64,000 nucleotides of DNA. It comes from an uncultured Bacteroidales bacterium (lineage in GTDB: Bacteria; Bacteroidota; Bacteroidia; Bacteroidales; FEN-979). Location of the stretch: assembly GCA_903877385.1 (NCBI GenBank), contig CAIRDP010000011.1:69245-133244 (forward strand). The letters are read 5' to 3'. Below the pieces are notes generated by a model. It did no database searches. It was given only the letters and a program-made list of their open reading frames with translations, and was not told the origin of the DNA. Position 1 is the first letter of the stretch, and every line of letters begins with the position of its first letter. The position numbers were made by a program, and so were the translations under genes. Of this stretch, positions 47,171 through 55,981 are shown in pieces.

Positions 47171-47500
47171 ATGGAAAAGAGCATTTTTGAACCCGGAACA
47201 AAGTTCCGTTTTCCCGAAAGCGTGGAATACTCCACCGACGGGATAATAAGTAAACGTGTGATCGATCGTCCTACGGGCTCAGTAACCCTGTTTGCCTTTG
47301 ACAAAGGTCAGAAGCTTAGCACCCACTTGGCGCCTTATGATGCCATGGCACAGGTGGTCGAAGGCGAAGCCGAGATCGTGATCGATAACAATCCCAATCA
47401 TCTCGTAACAGGCGACACAATTGTAATGCCTGCAGGGATACCCCATGCCGTGAACGCAACCGAAAAATTCAAGATGGTGTTAACAATGATCAAAGGGTAA
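47171..47500 (+). CDS. cupin domain protein
   Basis: 109 aa. The sequence GSVTLFAFDKGQKLSTHLAPYDAMAQVVEGEAEI...GDTIVMPAGIPHAV is a typical small cupin. Confidence 0.75.
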   Translation: MEKSIFEPGTKFRFPESVEYSTDGIISKRVIDRPTGSVTLFAFDKGQKLSTHLAPYDAMAQVVEGEAEIVIDNNPNHLVTGDTIVMPAGIPHAVNATEKFKMVLTMIKG

Positions 47501-47504
47501 GGCC

Positions 47505-48752
47505 ATGAGCGAACTGATAAATAATTCATCGGAAAGAAAAGGGCTCCTCAAGCATATGATTCTGGAGCTTCACGAAGGCAGGGCTCCCGAAGAAGTCAGG
47601 AAACGCCTTATGGAACTGATGTCGAAGATCCCGTACGGTGATGTGGTCGAAGTTGAGCAGGAACTGATCAGCGAAGGACTGCCCGAGACCGAGGTCCTGC
47701 GCTTATGCGATATCCACGCCATGGTGCTTGAAGGCAGCATAGACCTCTCGGGTATGCTTATAGTCCCCCCGGGCCATCCGGTCGACACATTTAAAAAAGA
47801 AAACAGGGAACTGGAAGCTGTGGTAAAAAAACTGTACGACCTGTTTGGCAGGGTTGAGGAATTATACGCCGGTATTGGACCTGTGGCTTATTTCAACAAG
47901 GTGAAGTCTTTGTTTAACAGCCTGATGGATGTTGACAAACATTACCGCCGAAAGGAGAACCTGCTGTTCCCTTATCTCGAGAAATACGGGATCACCGGTC
48001 CTCCCAAGATAATGTGGGGCAAGCATGACGAAACCAGGTTGTTTCTGAAAAACGCCATGGAAAGTCTTTCGTCGGTTGTTTACAACGATCCGGACCAGGT
48101 GAAGTTCATCATCGACCTTTATCTCAGGCCGGCCGCCAAAGCGATAACCGATATGATCATGAAGGAAGAGGAGATCCTCCTCCCAATGGCCATGGATAAG
48201 CTTAAGGATGCCGACTGGTACGACATTTACAGTCAGACCAATGAAATCGGGTACTGTCTTTATGACCCCATGATTGAATGGGAACCCGAAGGGATAATGC
48301 TTAGCGAGCACAGTACGGCCGATGAAGGCTACATAAACCTGCCCAGCGGGAAGTTCAGCGTGGAAGAGCTGATGGCCGTTTTAAACAGCCTGCCTGTGGA
48401 CCTGACGTTTGTAGACAGGAACGACAAGGTGAAGTATTTCACCCAGGGAAAAGAAAGGGTGTTCGACCGTAACCGCGCAATCCTGGGCCGGGATGTGAGG
48501 ATGTGCCATCCGCCTTCCAGCGTTCATATTGTAGACAAGATCATCAGTGATTTTAAAAGCGGTCATGCAGATTCAGCACCCTTCTGGATACAGATGCAGG
48601 AAAAGTTCATACATATTGAATACTTTGCCCTGAGGAATGAAAAGGGAGAATACCTGGGGACCGTGGAAGTTTCTCAGGACCTTACAGCAAAACGAAAACT
48701 TGAAAACGAGCAACGAATATTGAATTATGGAAACACCGGAATGGCTGAATAA
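47505..48752 (+). CDS. DUF438 protein (hemerythrin-like + PAS domains)
   Basis: The C-terminal LTFVDRNDKVKYFTQGKERVFDRNRAILGRDVRMCHPPSSVHIVDKIISDFKSG...EVSQDLT matches the DUF438/PAS_10 pattern. The N-terminal half contains HHE-like helices. Confidence 0.85.
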   Translation: MSELINNSSERKGLLKHMILELHEGRAPEEVRKRLMELMSKIPYGDVVEVEQELISEGLPETEVLRLCDIHAMVLEGSIDLSGMLIVPPGHPVDTFKKENRELEAVVKKLYDLFGRVEELYAGIGPVAYFNKVKSLFNSLMDVDKHYRRKENLLFPYLEKYGITGPPKIMWGKHDETRLFLKNAMESLSSVVYNDPDQVKFIIDLYLRPAAKAITDMIMKEEEILLPMAMDKLKDADWYDIYSQTNEIGYCLYDPMIEWEPEGIMLSEHSTADEGYINLPSGKFSVEELMAVLNSLPVDLTFVDRNDKVKYFTQGKERVFDRNRAILGRDVRMCHPPSSVHIVDKIISDFKSGHADSAPFWIQMQEKFIHIEYFALRNEKGEYLGTVEVSQDLTAKRKLENEQRILNYGNTGMAE

Positions 48753-48978
48753 AGCCAACATTAAAACCACCCTGGATGCCAGGCCACTCCTGGCTTCAGG
48801 CATTCATCCACTGGAGCAGGTGATAAGAGAATCTGCAGGGTTTTCGACGGGTGAGATCTTCGAAATCATCACCCCATTTCCTCCCATGCCTATGATCGAA
48901 AAGATGCAGGCGTCAGGTTTCGATTACTTTTCGGAGCAGCAGGGAGGAGAATTCCACACTTACTTCAATAAGTTATAA
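48727..48978 (+). CDS. DUF2249 domain protein
   Basis: 83 aa. LDARPLLASGIHPLEQVIRESAGFSTGEIFEIITPFPPMPMIEKM fits the DUF2249 pattern. Overlaps the DUF438 gene by 26 nt. Confidence 0.7.
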   Translation: METPEWLNKANIKTTLDARPLLASGIHPLEQVIRESAGFSTGEIFEIITPFPPMPMIEKMQASGFDYFSEQQGGEFHTYFNKL

Positions 48979-49026
48979 AAGGAATCCGGTTAATACCCTT
49001 TAAACGGGATCCGGGTCAGGCCAGGC

Positions 49027-50394
49027 TTATTTTGAGTGGTGGTAGATCCATTTTGCGCCTTCTATGAAAGCCGTTGGCGCAACAGATACATGGATAGTGC
49101 TGCCGCTTGGGTCAGGATCAACTGCCGGCCATTCCACGTATTCTATGTTGGAAATGCCCAGGGTTGAAAACCTGTCACGGGCGGCGACCAGGTTGCCAAA
49201 AGGAACGCAGTCGTCGTTCTTGCAATGCCAGATAAGCATTTTTGATTTCGGCGTCCAACCCAGGTAAGAGTTATTCTCTTTCATGGTCTGGAATGCCTGG
49301 CTGTTGTTATTTCTCAATGAATCATAGAAAGAAGCTGTAAAGACCTTTTTCAGGATTTTATCGGGAGGCATTATGCCATTCACGACCGGGATATCGTAAA
49401 AGCCCGTGGTGTATTTCGGGATATCGGTCCTGTATGGCTCTATCAGCGCATTTGAATAATCGAATATCCCGGGATACATGGTATTGTAACCAACCAGCAT
49501 CATGGGCAGGAAATAAGGGACAGGGAATGGATTTTCACCTAACAGAGTGTTCAGCATGGTTCCCGAAAGGTCATACGGACCGTCCATGCATACCACACCG
49601 TCAAGTTTTACATCCCTTGCCTCGAGTTCCCTGGCTGCAGCCATAGTCACATACCCTCCTTCGGAATAACCGTACAGGTAAGCCTGCCCGTCCCAGGAGA
49701 CGTATGTATTGCCTCCACATCTATAGTAATCCTCGGCAGCCTGCAGCATATCGGCGGTAGCAACACCCAGCCTGTCCCTTATGCAATAAGGATGGTTTTC
49801 GGTGGAATCATCTCCCATGCCTTGGTAATCGGGCATAATGATGATCCATCCGTACCAGAGGCAAAGCATATCGGCGACAGCCATTTCGGGAAATTTTTTC
49901 CAGTCGCTGTAGCTGGCTTTTTTCCAGCGTGAAGGCGCGAGGTTTTTCATCAGTATTGTCCCGTGGTCTACCGAAACGATTGGGGCTTTGAGTGTTTTCC
50001 AAACCGACCAGGGGTAAACAAGAAGTCCTGAAAGAGTCACAGGATTTCCGTTATTGTCGGTCGAAGTATAATGCACCATATCATGGGCGATGAGGTTGAT
50101 GGCTAAGCCATTCCCAACAGCATCGGCCTGCATACTGTGAAACATGTCGGTATAATCATAATACCCCGGGTAATCAGGCTGCATATTCACCTGATCCATC
50201 ACATCCTGGGAAGTCCTTTCGGTATGGCTGACCACAACAAAACCCCCGGAAACCGTGGGAGGGCATTCCGGGATAGCTTGTATCTTGTGGTAAGAGCAGG
50301 AGTTGATACTCAGGGTGGCCAGGAAAAGCAGAAGCCCCTTAACTAAAGTAAAATACGGAATCCCGTTTCGAAGTAAAAATTTTTCTTTTCTCAT
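49027..50394 (-). CDS. secreted alpha/beta hydrolase (secretory-lipase-like)
   Basis: Signal/lipoprotein-like N-terminus. Nucleophile elbow GYSEGG, then NDDCVPF (acid residue) and a late His. Confidence 0.55.
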   Translation of the reverse strand: MRKEKFLLRNGIPYFTLVKGLLLFLATLSINSCSYHKIQAIPECPPTVSGGFVVVSHTERTSQDVMDQVNMQPDYPGYYDYTDMFHSMQADAVGNGLAINLIAHDMVHYTSTDNNGNPVTLSGLLVYPWSVWKTLKAPIVSVDHGTILMKNLAPSRWKKASYSDWKKFPEMAVADMLCLWYGWIIIMPDYQGMGDDSTENHPYCIRDRLGVATADMLQAAEDYYRCGGNTYVSWDGQAYLYGYSEGGYVTMAAARELEARDVKLDGVVCMDGPYDLSGTMLNTLLGENPFPVPYFLPMMLVGYNTMYPGIFDYSNALIEPYRTDIPKYTTGFYDIPVVNGIMPPDKILKKVFTASFYDSLRNNNSQAFQTMKENNSYLGWTPKSKMLIWHCKNDDCVPFGNLVAARDRFSTLGISNIEYVEWPAVDPDPSGSTIHVSVAPTAFIEGAKWIYHHSK

Positions 50395-50553
50395 TGCAGC
50401 TATTTTACAACTCAGACAATATAAGTGGATTAAAAGTTGCGTACACTCACAAAATTAATCAAATTAGCAGTCAGGAATAAATAATAAATGCCTGACCCAT
50501 ACAAACCGCACAAGTTCCCAGGGGAAAAATCATCTAAATTCTAAAAGAGCAGT

Positions 50554-51132
50554 TTGTCAGAAGAAAATTTCATACTAAAACTTAAACAAGGCGACCAAAG
50601 TGCTTACAGTGAACTTCTTCTGAGGTTCTCCGGCAAGGCGTATAATACCGCCCTCGGACTTCTTCAGAACAGGGAGGATGCCGAAGATATCATCCAGGAA
50701 GTATTTATCGAAGTCTTTCAATCGGTCTCAGGTTTCAGGCAGCAGTCGAAACTCTCAACCTGGATTTACAGGATTACGCTTACAAAATCCCTTGAACTTA
50801 TCAGGAGCAGGCAAAGGGAAAAGCGAAAAGGGATCATTTTAAACCTTTTCGGTAAAGAACATCTTATCAATGTGACTGCGGATGAGCCGTTCTACCATCC
50901 CGGCATCAGCCTTGAAAACAAGGAAATGTCGGCGATTCTCTTCAATGCCATCCGCAGGCTACCCTTAAACCAGAGAACAGCTTTTACAATGAATAAACTG
51001 GAGAACCTGAGCTATGCCGAACTGGCCGAAATCATGGGTCTTTCGGTTTCTTCGGTGGAATCGCTGCTGTTCAGGGCGAAGCAGAAACTGAGGGAATTAC
51101 TTGGTGATTATTATGAAAAAAACATCAGGTAA
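50554..51132 (+). CDS. ECF-type RNA polymerase sigma-70 factor
   Basis: Region 2 (AEDIIQEVFIEVF, STWIYRITL) and region 4 (LSYAELAEIMGLSVSSVESLLFRAKQKL). TTG start. Confidence 0.85.
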   Translation: MSEENFILKLKQGDQSAYSELLLRFSGKAYNTALGLLQNREDAEDIIQEVFIEVFQSVSGFRQQSKLSTWIYRITLTKSLELIRSRQREKRKGIILNLFGKEHLINVTADEPFYHPGISLENKEMSAILFNAIRRLPLNQRTAFTMNKLENLSYAELAEIMGLSVSSVESLLFRAKQKLRELLGDYYEKNIR

Positions 51133-51167
51133 ACGCAAGGTTTTAAGTCGTAATTCATCAAAAACAT

Positions 51168-51506
51168 ATGAAAACAAAAGAAGAATGGGTTGACAAAGTG
51201 ATGGGGAGCCTGGATGGGGCCAGTCGTGCTGAATTAAATCCAGCCGCGAAGGAGGATCTTCTGAAGAGGATACAGAATGCAGGATGCAGGATGCGGGATG
51301 CGGGATACGGGATGCAGGGTGCGGGATACAGGATTGATCCCGTAAAACCTGCCCTGGCGTGGAAGATCGCAGCCGTTATCCTTCTGCTGGTCAGCCTGAA
51401 TGTTTTCACCATGGTCTATTATCATAAATCATCGGCCGGCAGCATTAATCCTGCCAAATCCGTTGCCAGTGAATATTTCTCATACATTGATCATTATAAT
51501 CTCTGA
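51168..51506 (+). CDS. single-pass membrane protein, anti-sigma-factor-like
   Basis: It immediately follows the ECF sigma gene. One TM helix (WKIAAVILLLVSLNVFTMVYY). The N-terminal EEWVDKVMGSLDG segment resembles small Bacteroidota anti-sigma partners. Confidence 0.5.
   Translation: MKTKEEWVDKVMGSLDGASRAELNPAAKEDLLKRIQNAGCRMRDAGYGMQGAGYRIDPVKPALAWKIAAVILLLVSLNVFTMVYYHKSSAGSINPAKSVASEYFSYIDHYNL
51267..51336. repeat. (RGGATRC)x10 heptamer array inside the anti-sigma-like ORF
   Basis: Reads aggatac agaatgc aggatgc aggatgc gggatgc gggatac gggatgc agggtgc gggatac aggattg. It is translated with a 7-aa period as NAGCRMR DAGYGMQ GAGYRID. Confidence 0.9.
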
Positions 51507-51509
51507 GCC

Positions 51510-52016
51510 ATGAAAAATTCAAAAATATTTAAGATAATCATAGCGGTCCTCGTGGTCCTCAACCTTTTCACCCTTGCGTTTATGTGGTTAAACAGGCCGG
51601 GTCATGAAAGGATGGGCAAACGGGAAGGAGATGCCGCTTCATTCCTGGTGAAGGAACTGGGATTATCCGACAGCCAGCAGAAAGAATACACCTTGCTGCG
51701 GCAGGAACACCATGCCAGGCTAGAAGCCCTAAACCAGCATGACAAAGATCTGCATAACCGTTTCTTTGACCTGGCTTCGCTTGAGAAACATGATACCATC
51801 GCCATGGATGCCCTCTCGGATTCCATCGCAGCCACCAGGAAAAAAATGGAGATCCTTACCTATGATCATTTTTACAGGGTGAGAATGATCCTTAAGCCCG
51901 AGCAGCAACAGAAATTCAATCTTATTTTTAAAGATGTACTGCGGATGATATCGCCCCCTCCGCCAATGCCCCCGGCTAACATTCCTCCTCCCCTGCCTCC
52001 AGGCCCGGGAAACTAA
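51510..52016 (+). CDS. Spy/CpxP-family-like periplasmic protein (LTxxQ motifs) with a Pro-rich tail
   Basis: N-terminal TM/signal segment. LSDSQQKEY and KPEQQQKF motifs. Tail PPPPMPPANIPPPLPPGPGN. Confidence 0.6.
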   Translation: MKNSKIFKIIIAVLVVLNLFTLAFMWLNRPGHERMGKREGDAASFLVKELGLSDSQQKEYTLLRQEHHARLEALNQHDKDLHNRFFDLASLEKHDTIAMDALSDSIAATRKKMEILTYDHFYRVRMILKPEQQQKFNLIFKDVLRMISPPPPMPPANIPPPLPPGPGN

Positions 52017-52064
52017 ACCCGCAATCCATAGTGTATCCATTGAACTAAAATAATCCTCAAAATT

Positions 52065-53558
52065 ATGCATAACATCAGGTCCCTGCTCGTAAGCTTCCTT
52101 TTTGTCTTAACCGGTCTAACGGGCTATAGCCAGACACATCCCTATACCATTGTGGGGACAGGTGTGAGCAAATGTTACGACAGCCTTGTACAGATAAGTT
52201 GTCCAACCAATCCGGCAGCTCCTTATTTCGGCCAGGAGCAGGGCCTTGCTCCTTCATATCACGACAACGGGAACGGAACCGTGACCGACCTTAATACCGG
52301 CCTCATGTGGGTGAAGGCGAGAGGCTCGAAGATGCCGTGGGACAGCGCCTTTCTCATGGCTTCTCAGTGTACTCTGGGAGGGCACAACGACTGGAGGGTT
52401 CCCACAATCAAGGAATTGTATTCCCTTATCAATTTCAACGGGAAATCGGGTTTGACCGCGGCCCAGTGCATTCCTTATATTGACACGAATTATTTTGGCT
52501 GGACCACCGGCAACACAGCAATAGGCGAAAGGGTCATCGATGCCCAGGACTGGTCGGCGACAAAATATAAAGGACTGACCATGCTGGCTGATTCGACAGT
52601 GTTCGGGGTGAACTTCGTTGACGGCCGCATCAAAGGATATCCCCAGTACCAGCCGGGGACCGGTAACACTGTCAAATACAGGCTATATATTAGGTTTGTA
52701 AGGGGCAGCGCAACTTACGGTATCAATAATTTTCATGACAACAGCGACGGTACGGTTACCGATAATGCCACCGGGCTGATGTGGATGACAGACGACAGCG
52801 GCAGCGGCATGAACTGGAAGGATGCCCTGGCTTATGCCCAAACAAAGAATACCGCCAATTACCTTGGCTTTAGCGACTGGAGGCTTCCCCATGCCAAGGA
52901 ATTGCAGAGTATTGTGGACTATACCCGCTGCAAGGATTATACAAATTCACCGGCTATAGATCCGGTGTTCAATAGCACCCAGATCAGCGATGAGGGAGGT
53001 AATGTAAACTGGCCGTTCTACTGGACAAACACTACCCATCTTGATAATATGGGCGGGGTGTATGTTTCTTTTGGTGAAGCCCTAGGCTGGATGAATATGC
53101 CCCCAATTATTAATTACTTTACTCTGCTGGATGTTCATGGAGCCGGTGCCCAGCGAAGCGATCCGAAAAGCGGCAGCCCCACCGACTATTTCCTCGGTTA
53201 TGACCAGCAGGGCCATGCTGTTTACGGCCATGGCCCCCAGGGTGATGTGATCCGCATCAATGACTACGTCCGTCTGGTCCGCGACGCTGCCACATCCGCA
53301 GTCATTGAAAAAATCAATGATCATTCCCCGGATATTTATCCCAATCCTGTTTCGGATCTTTGCACCGTATCGCTGGGTAAGGTTTATTCTTCGGTTCATG
53401 TTGAGATCTTTAATGCGATTGGCCTTAAAATCAGGGATTTTAATTTTACCAGAACACAGGCTGCGGATTTGAATCTTGCTGACCTTCCCGCCGGGATCTT
53501 TGTTGTCAATGTGGCTTTTGACAACTGCCAGGCGACGCAGAAGATAATAAAGCGTTAA
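52065..53558 (+). CDS. T9SS-secreted protein with two DUF1566 (Lcl C-terminal, lectin-like) domains
   Basis: GNGTVTDLNTGLMWVKA...DWRVPTIKELYSL and DGTVTDNATGLMWMTDD...DWRLPHAKELQSI. The C-terminal IYPNPVSD...GIFVVNV...QKIIKR is a T9SS type-A sorting domain. Confidence 0.75.
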   Translation: MHNIRSLLVSFLFVLTGLTGYSQTHPYTIVGTGVSKCYDSLVQISCPTNPAAPYFGQEQGLAPSYHDNGNGTVTDLNTGLMWVKARGSKMPWDSAFLMASQCTLGGHNDWRVPTIKELYSLINFNGKSGLTAAQCIPYIDTNYFGWTTGNTAIGERVIDAQDWSATKYKGLTMLADSTVFGVNFVDGRIKGYPQYQPGTGNTVKYRLYIRFVRGSATYGINNFHDNSDGTVTDNATGLMWMTDDSGSGMNWKDALAYAQTKNTANYLGFSDWRLPHAKELQSIVDYTRCKDYTNSPAIDPVFNSTQISDEGGNVNWPFYWTNTTHLDNMGGVYVSFGEALGWMNMPPIINYFTLLDVHGAGAQRSDPKSGSPTDYFLGYDQQGHAVYGHGPQGDVIRINDYVRLVRDAATSAVIEKINDHSPDIYPNPVSDLCTVSLGKVYSSVHVEIFNAIGLKIRDFNFTRTQAADLNLADLPAGIFVVNVAFDNCQATQKIIKR

Positions 53559-53700
53559 AGCGACCAGCATTCGAGCCGGTTATCAGCTTTATAAATTTGA
53601 AGGATTTCTGAAACGGCTAAAGCCTGTCCTTCTCACAGACCTGGCTTCGCTGATAAAATTCCCGTTTCCGGTATAATACCCCCCCGTTTTGCTGAACATA

Positions 53701-53732
53701 TTTGCCCAAACTCCTGTTGTGGTTTATGTTTG
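53701..53732 (+). promoter_or_regulatory. candidate Bacteroidota sigma-A promoter TTTG-N20-TATGTTTG
   Basis: Both elements match the consensus with canonical spacing. The next gene starts 105 nt (53837) to 186 nt (53918) downstream, implying a long 5' UTR. Confidence 0.45.
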
Positions 53733-53905
53733 CTGAAGAATTTCCAATGATCTTCATAACCAAAACCGGAGCAATGAAGCAATTCGACCCTGAATCATGA
53801 GAATCAATTCTTAATCACTACTAAAAACAGGGTGTTATGAAAACAACAGAAGTAAATTACAGGAAAAACCTGAACAGCGCAACAAGTGGCAGGTTTCGGG
53901 TCACA

Positions 53906-55192
53906 ATGATCAAAGTTATGAAAACAAGATTCTTCGGAATTGTATCAGTGATCATGTTCATTGCATTAACATCGGTCTTTGCCCAGTGCAGGAAGACCGA
54001 GGATACCACTACTACTTCATCGGCCAGTGCAACAACGAATAACGACGAGTATAACATCACCCAGGCCATTTCGGATGAAGCCCAGAGAAACACCATTGCT
54101 TTTGACGGCTTAGCTTTTCTGACCGGCTGTCTCGGTTCACAGTCATTCCTGCCCCCGGGCAAGGTGGCCGATTACAGCGGGTTCCAGTACCTTCGCGATA
54201 ACGACCCCACTAATCTCGGGCATAATACAAGCTTCGTTACCATCATCGCTTTCAATGTGCTTCATATCCTTACTAAGGACCAGATTAATATGTACGTTGC
54301 AAGGGCGCAGAACCAGGTTGACCAGATCAATGCTTTTGCTTATAAACGCTATCCCTTACTCAAGGCATTCCGCAGGCTGAAGGATGGCAATATTCCATCA
54401 GGTACCACCGGGCTGAGCGAAGATGCCGTTTTAAGCTACTACTCCGACTTATACACTCTCGACGGGCAGATCAGCTATGACAGGGCAAAATTGTTCGGCA
54501 GGGTGATAACATCATTAACTTCTGACCAGATTGCGAAATTTGCCGCTCTTAAGGCCCTCAACGGGGTGGCCTACTGGGACAGCACCTTGTCGAACCCCCT
54601 GCAGGGCCTCAACCTTACGCCTGAAGTGAGTGTGGCCGTGATGACCTATGCCAGCGAAATGTATGCCTGGTATTCAGGTTCAGTGACAGCCGACACCTAT
54701 TTCTGTCCAGAAAGGCATGGAACGTATTTCGGTTCTTTTTACCTGAAGGACTGGCCGGCCATGGGGAACCCGAATTACAGCATTGATGAGACACTTACCG
54801 CCAGTGCAGGCCAGAACTTCCTTGCCGCCCTCAATTCATCACAGTCCTCCCAGGTGACAGGTATCGTCGACCTGCAGCGCAGCGCACTCATGGAACTCGT
54901 AACTAAACGGGAAGCCATCTCTACCGAATTGCGGAAGTTCCTCGCATCCGGCATCGCCGATTCTTCTACCGTCATTGCCCTTTCGCAGAGATACGGCCAG
55001 CTTGATGGCGAACTCAGCTATTATTACGCAACTACATTCACCCAGGTTTATAATACTCTGACAACAGACCAGAAGACGAAGCTGACCCAGCTTGCATCAC
55101 AGCTTGGGTATGTTGCTCCCGGCGGGGGTTTCCTTTACTCACAGCCAATCGATATGCCCACAATAGAAAGTACTGATTTTATGTTCAAATAA
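53906..55192 (+). CDS. lipoprotein with several LTxxQ-like motifs, function unknown
   Basis: Signal peptide MIKVMKTRFFGIVSVIMFIALTSVFAQC. Motifs LTKDQINMY, LTSDQIAKF, LNSSQSSQV and LTTDQKTKL. The start is ambiguous (53837, 53906 or 53918). Confidence 0.5.
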   Translation: MIKVMKTRFFGIVSVIMFIALTSVFAQCRKTEDTTTTSSASATTNNDEYNITQAISDEAQRNTIAFDGLAFLTGCLGSQSFLPPGKVADYSGFQYLRDNDPTNLGHNTSFVTIIAFNVLHILTKDQINMYVARAQNQVDQINAFAYKRYPLLKAFRRLKDGNIPSGTTGLSEDAVLSYYSDLYTLDGQISYDRAKLFGRVITSLTSDQIAKFAALKALNGVAYWDSTLSNPLQGLNLTPEVSVAVMTYASEMYAWYSGSVTADTYFCPERHGTYFGSFYLKDWPAMGNPNYSIDETLTASAGQNFLAALNSSQSSQVTGIVDLQRSALMELVTKREAISTELRKFLASGIADSSTVIALSQRYGQLDGELSYYYATTFTQVYNTLTTDQKTKLTQLASQLGYVAPGGGFLYSQPIDMPTIESTDFMFK

Positions 55193-55207
55193 AAGAAATT
55201 TTTAACA

Positions 55208-55242
55208 TTTCCGCGGCTTGACGTACCTTCAGTCCGCGGAAA
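55208..55242. other. perfect 9-bp intercistronic hairpin TTTCCGCGG-N17-CCGCGGAAA
   Basis: Read directly from the sequence, between the stop at 55192 and the start at 55265. There is no adjacent U-tract, so it is not a canonical terminator. Confidence 0.5.
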
Positions 55243-55264
55243 CTTAACCAAAAAATGACAAGCC

Positions 55265-55933
55265 ATGAAAACAACACTGCAAGGGATACTGAAAATCAGT
55301 TTAACGGTTCTGATCGTAATGATCCTCTCCCAGGGCAGGGGAATCTGCCAGGTCAATAAAAACGCCGCTCCGGCCGCAAAGCCTCAGCAGCAAACCAAAG
55401 CCGTTACTCCTGAACAGGCCTCGACCATCAAAAAGATCCTTTCAAAGTATAATCCTTCCACCCTGAATGCAGCCGACGCCAAAGCTATTATGGAACAATT
55501 CAGACAGGCCGGTATTCATGCCGGACCCGAAACCGCTGATGCAATTAAATCTGCCGGATTCGATCCCGAGAAGTTGAAAGCCCTTGCACCTCCCCCCGAT
55601 GCCGGGAACCAGGGTAAACAAAATCCGCCCTCAACAGAAGAAAGAATGAAGAGTACTGAGGCCAATGTGATCAAGCCTCTCGGGCTCAGCGCTTCACAAA
55701 ACGAGGTGGTGACAAAGGCTTACAAGGAATTTTATACAGGTATGGAGGCGCTGATGAAAAGTCAGGGAAATGCATCAGGACCCCCTGACAAGGCAAAGGT
55801 TGAACCTCTCAGGCAGAAAAGAGATGATAAGATCAAACAGGCGCTGACAGCTGATCAGTATAAAAAATACCAGAACCTGGAAAGGGCGAACCACCCAAAG
55901 GGAGGGAATGAACAAGGGCCTGAACAGAAATAA
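55265..55933 (+). CDS. secreted protein with LTxxQ-like motifs, function unknown
   Basis: Signal peptide, then LSASQNEVV and LTADQYKKYQNL. Lys/Ala/Pro-rich and probably helical. Confidence 0.5.
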   Translation: MKTTLQGILKISLTVLIVMILSQGRGICQVNKNAAPAAKPQQQTKAVTPEQASTIKKILSKYNPSTLNAADAKAIMEQFRQAGIHAGPETADAIKSAGFDPEKLKALAPPPDAGNQGKQNPPSTEERMKSTEANVIKPLGLSASQNEVVTKAYKEFYTGMEALMKSQGNASGPPDKAKVEPLRQKRDDKIKQALTADQYKKYQNLERANHPKGGNEQGPEQK

Positions 55934-55981
55934 TAAAATATCTTTGTTGTGGGAACCCGGGGAAAATATAAACGTGACAGA

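Noticed and set aside
51267-51336. CRISPR-like or other spacer-containing array
   Set aside because: The units are only 7 nt and directly adjacent with no spacers, and no cas genes are present. This is a microsatellite-type array, not CRISPR.
53747-53800. 17-codon ORF (MIFITKTGAMKQFDPES) in the long 5' region of the 451-aa gene
   Set aside because: It is too short and featureless to support as a gene or leader peptide from sequence alone.
53837-53905. Longer start (MKTTEVNYRKNLNS...) for the 451-aa LTxxQ lipoprotein
   Set aside because: The canonical lipoprotein signal peptide only begins at MIKVMKTRFF, and a 23-aa hydrophilic pre-sequence would bury it. I kept it as an alternative because the predicted promoter is more than 100 nt upstream either way.
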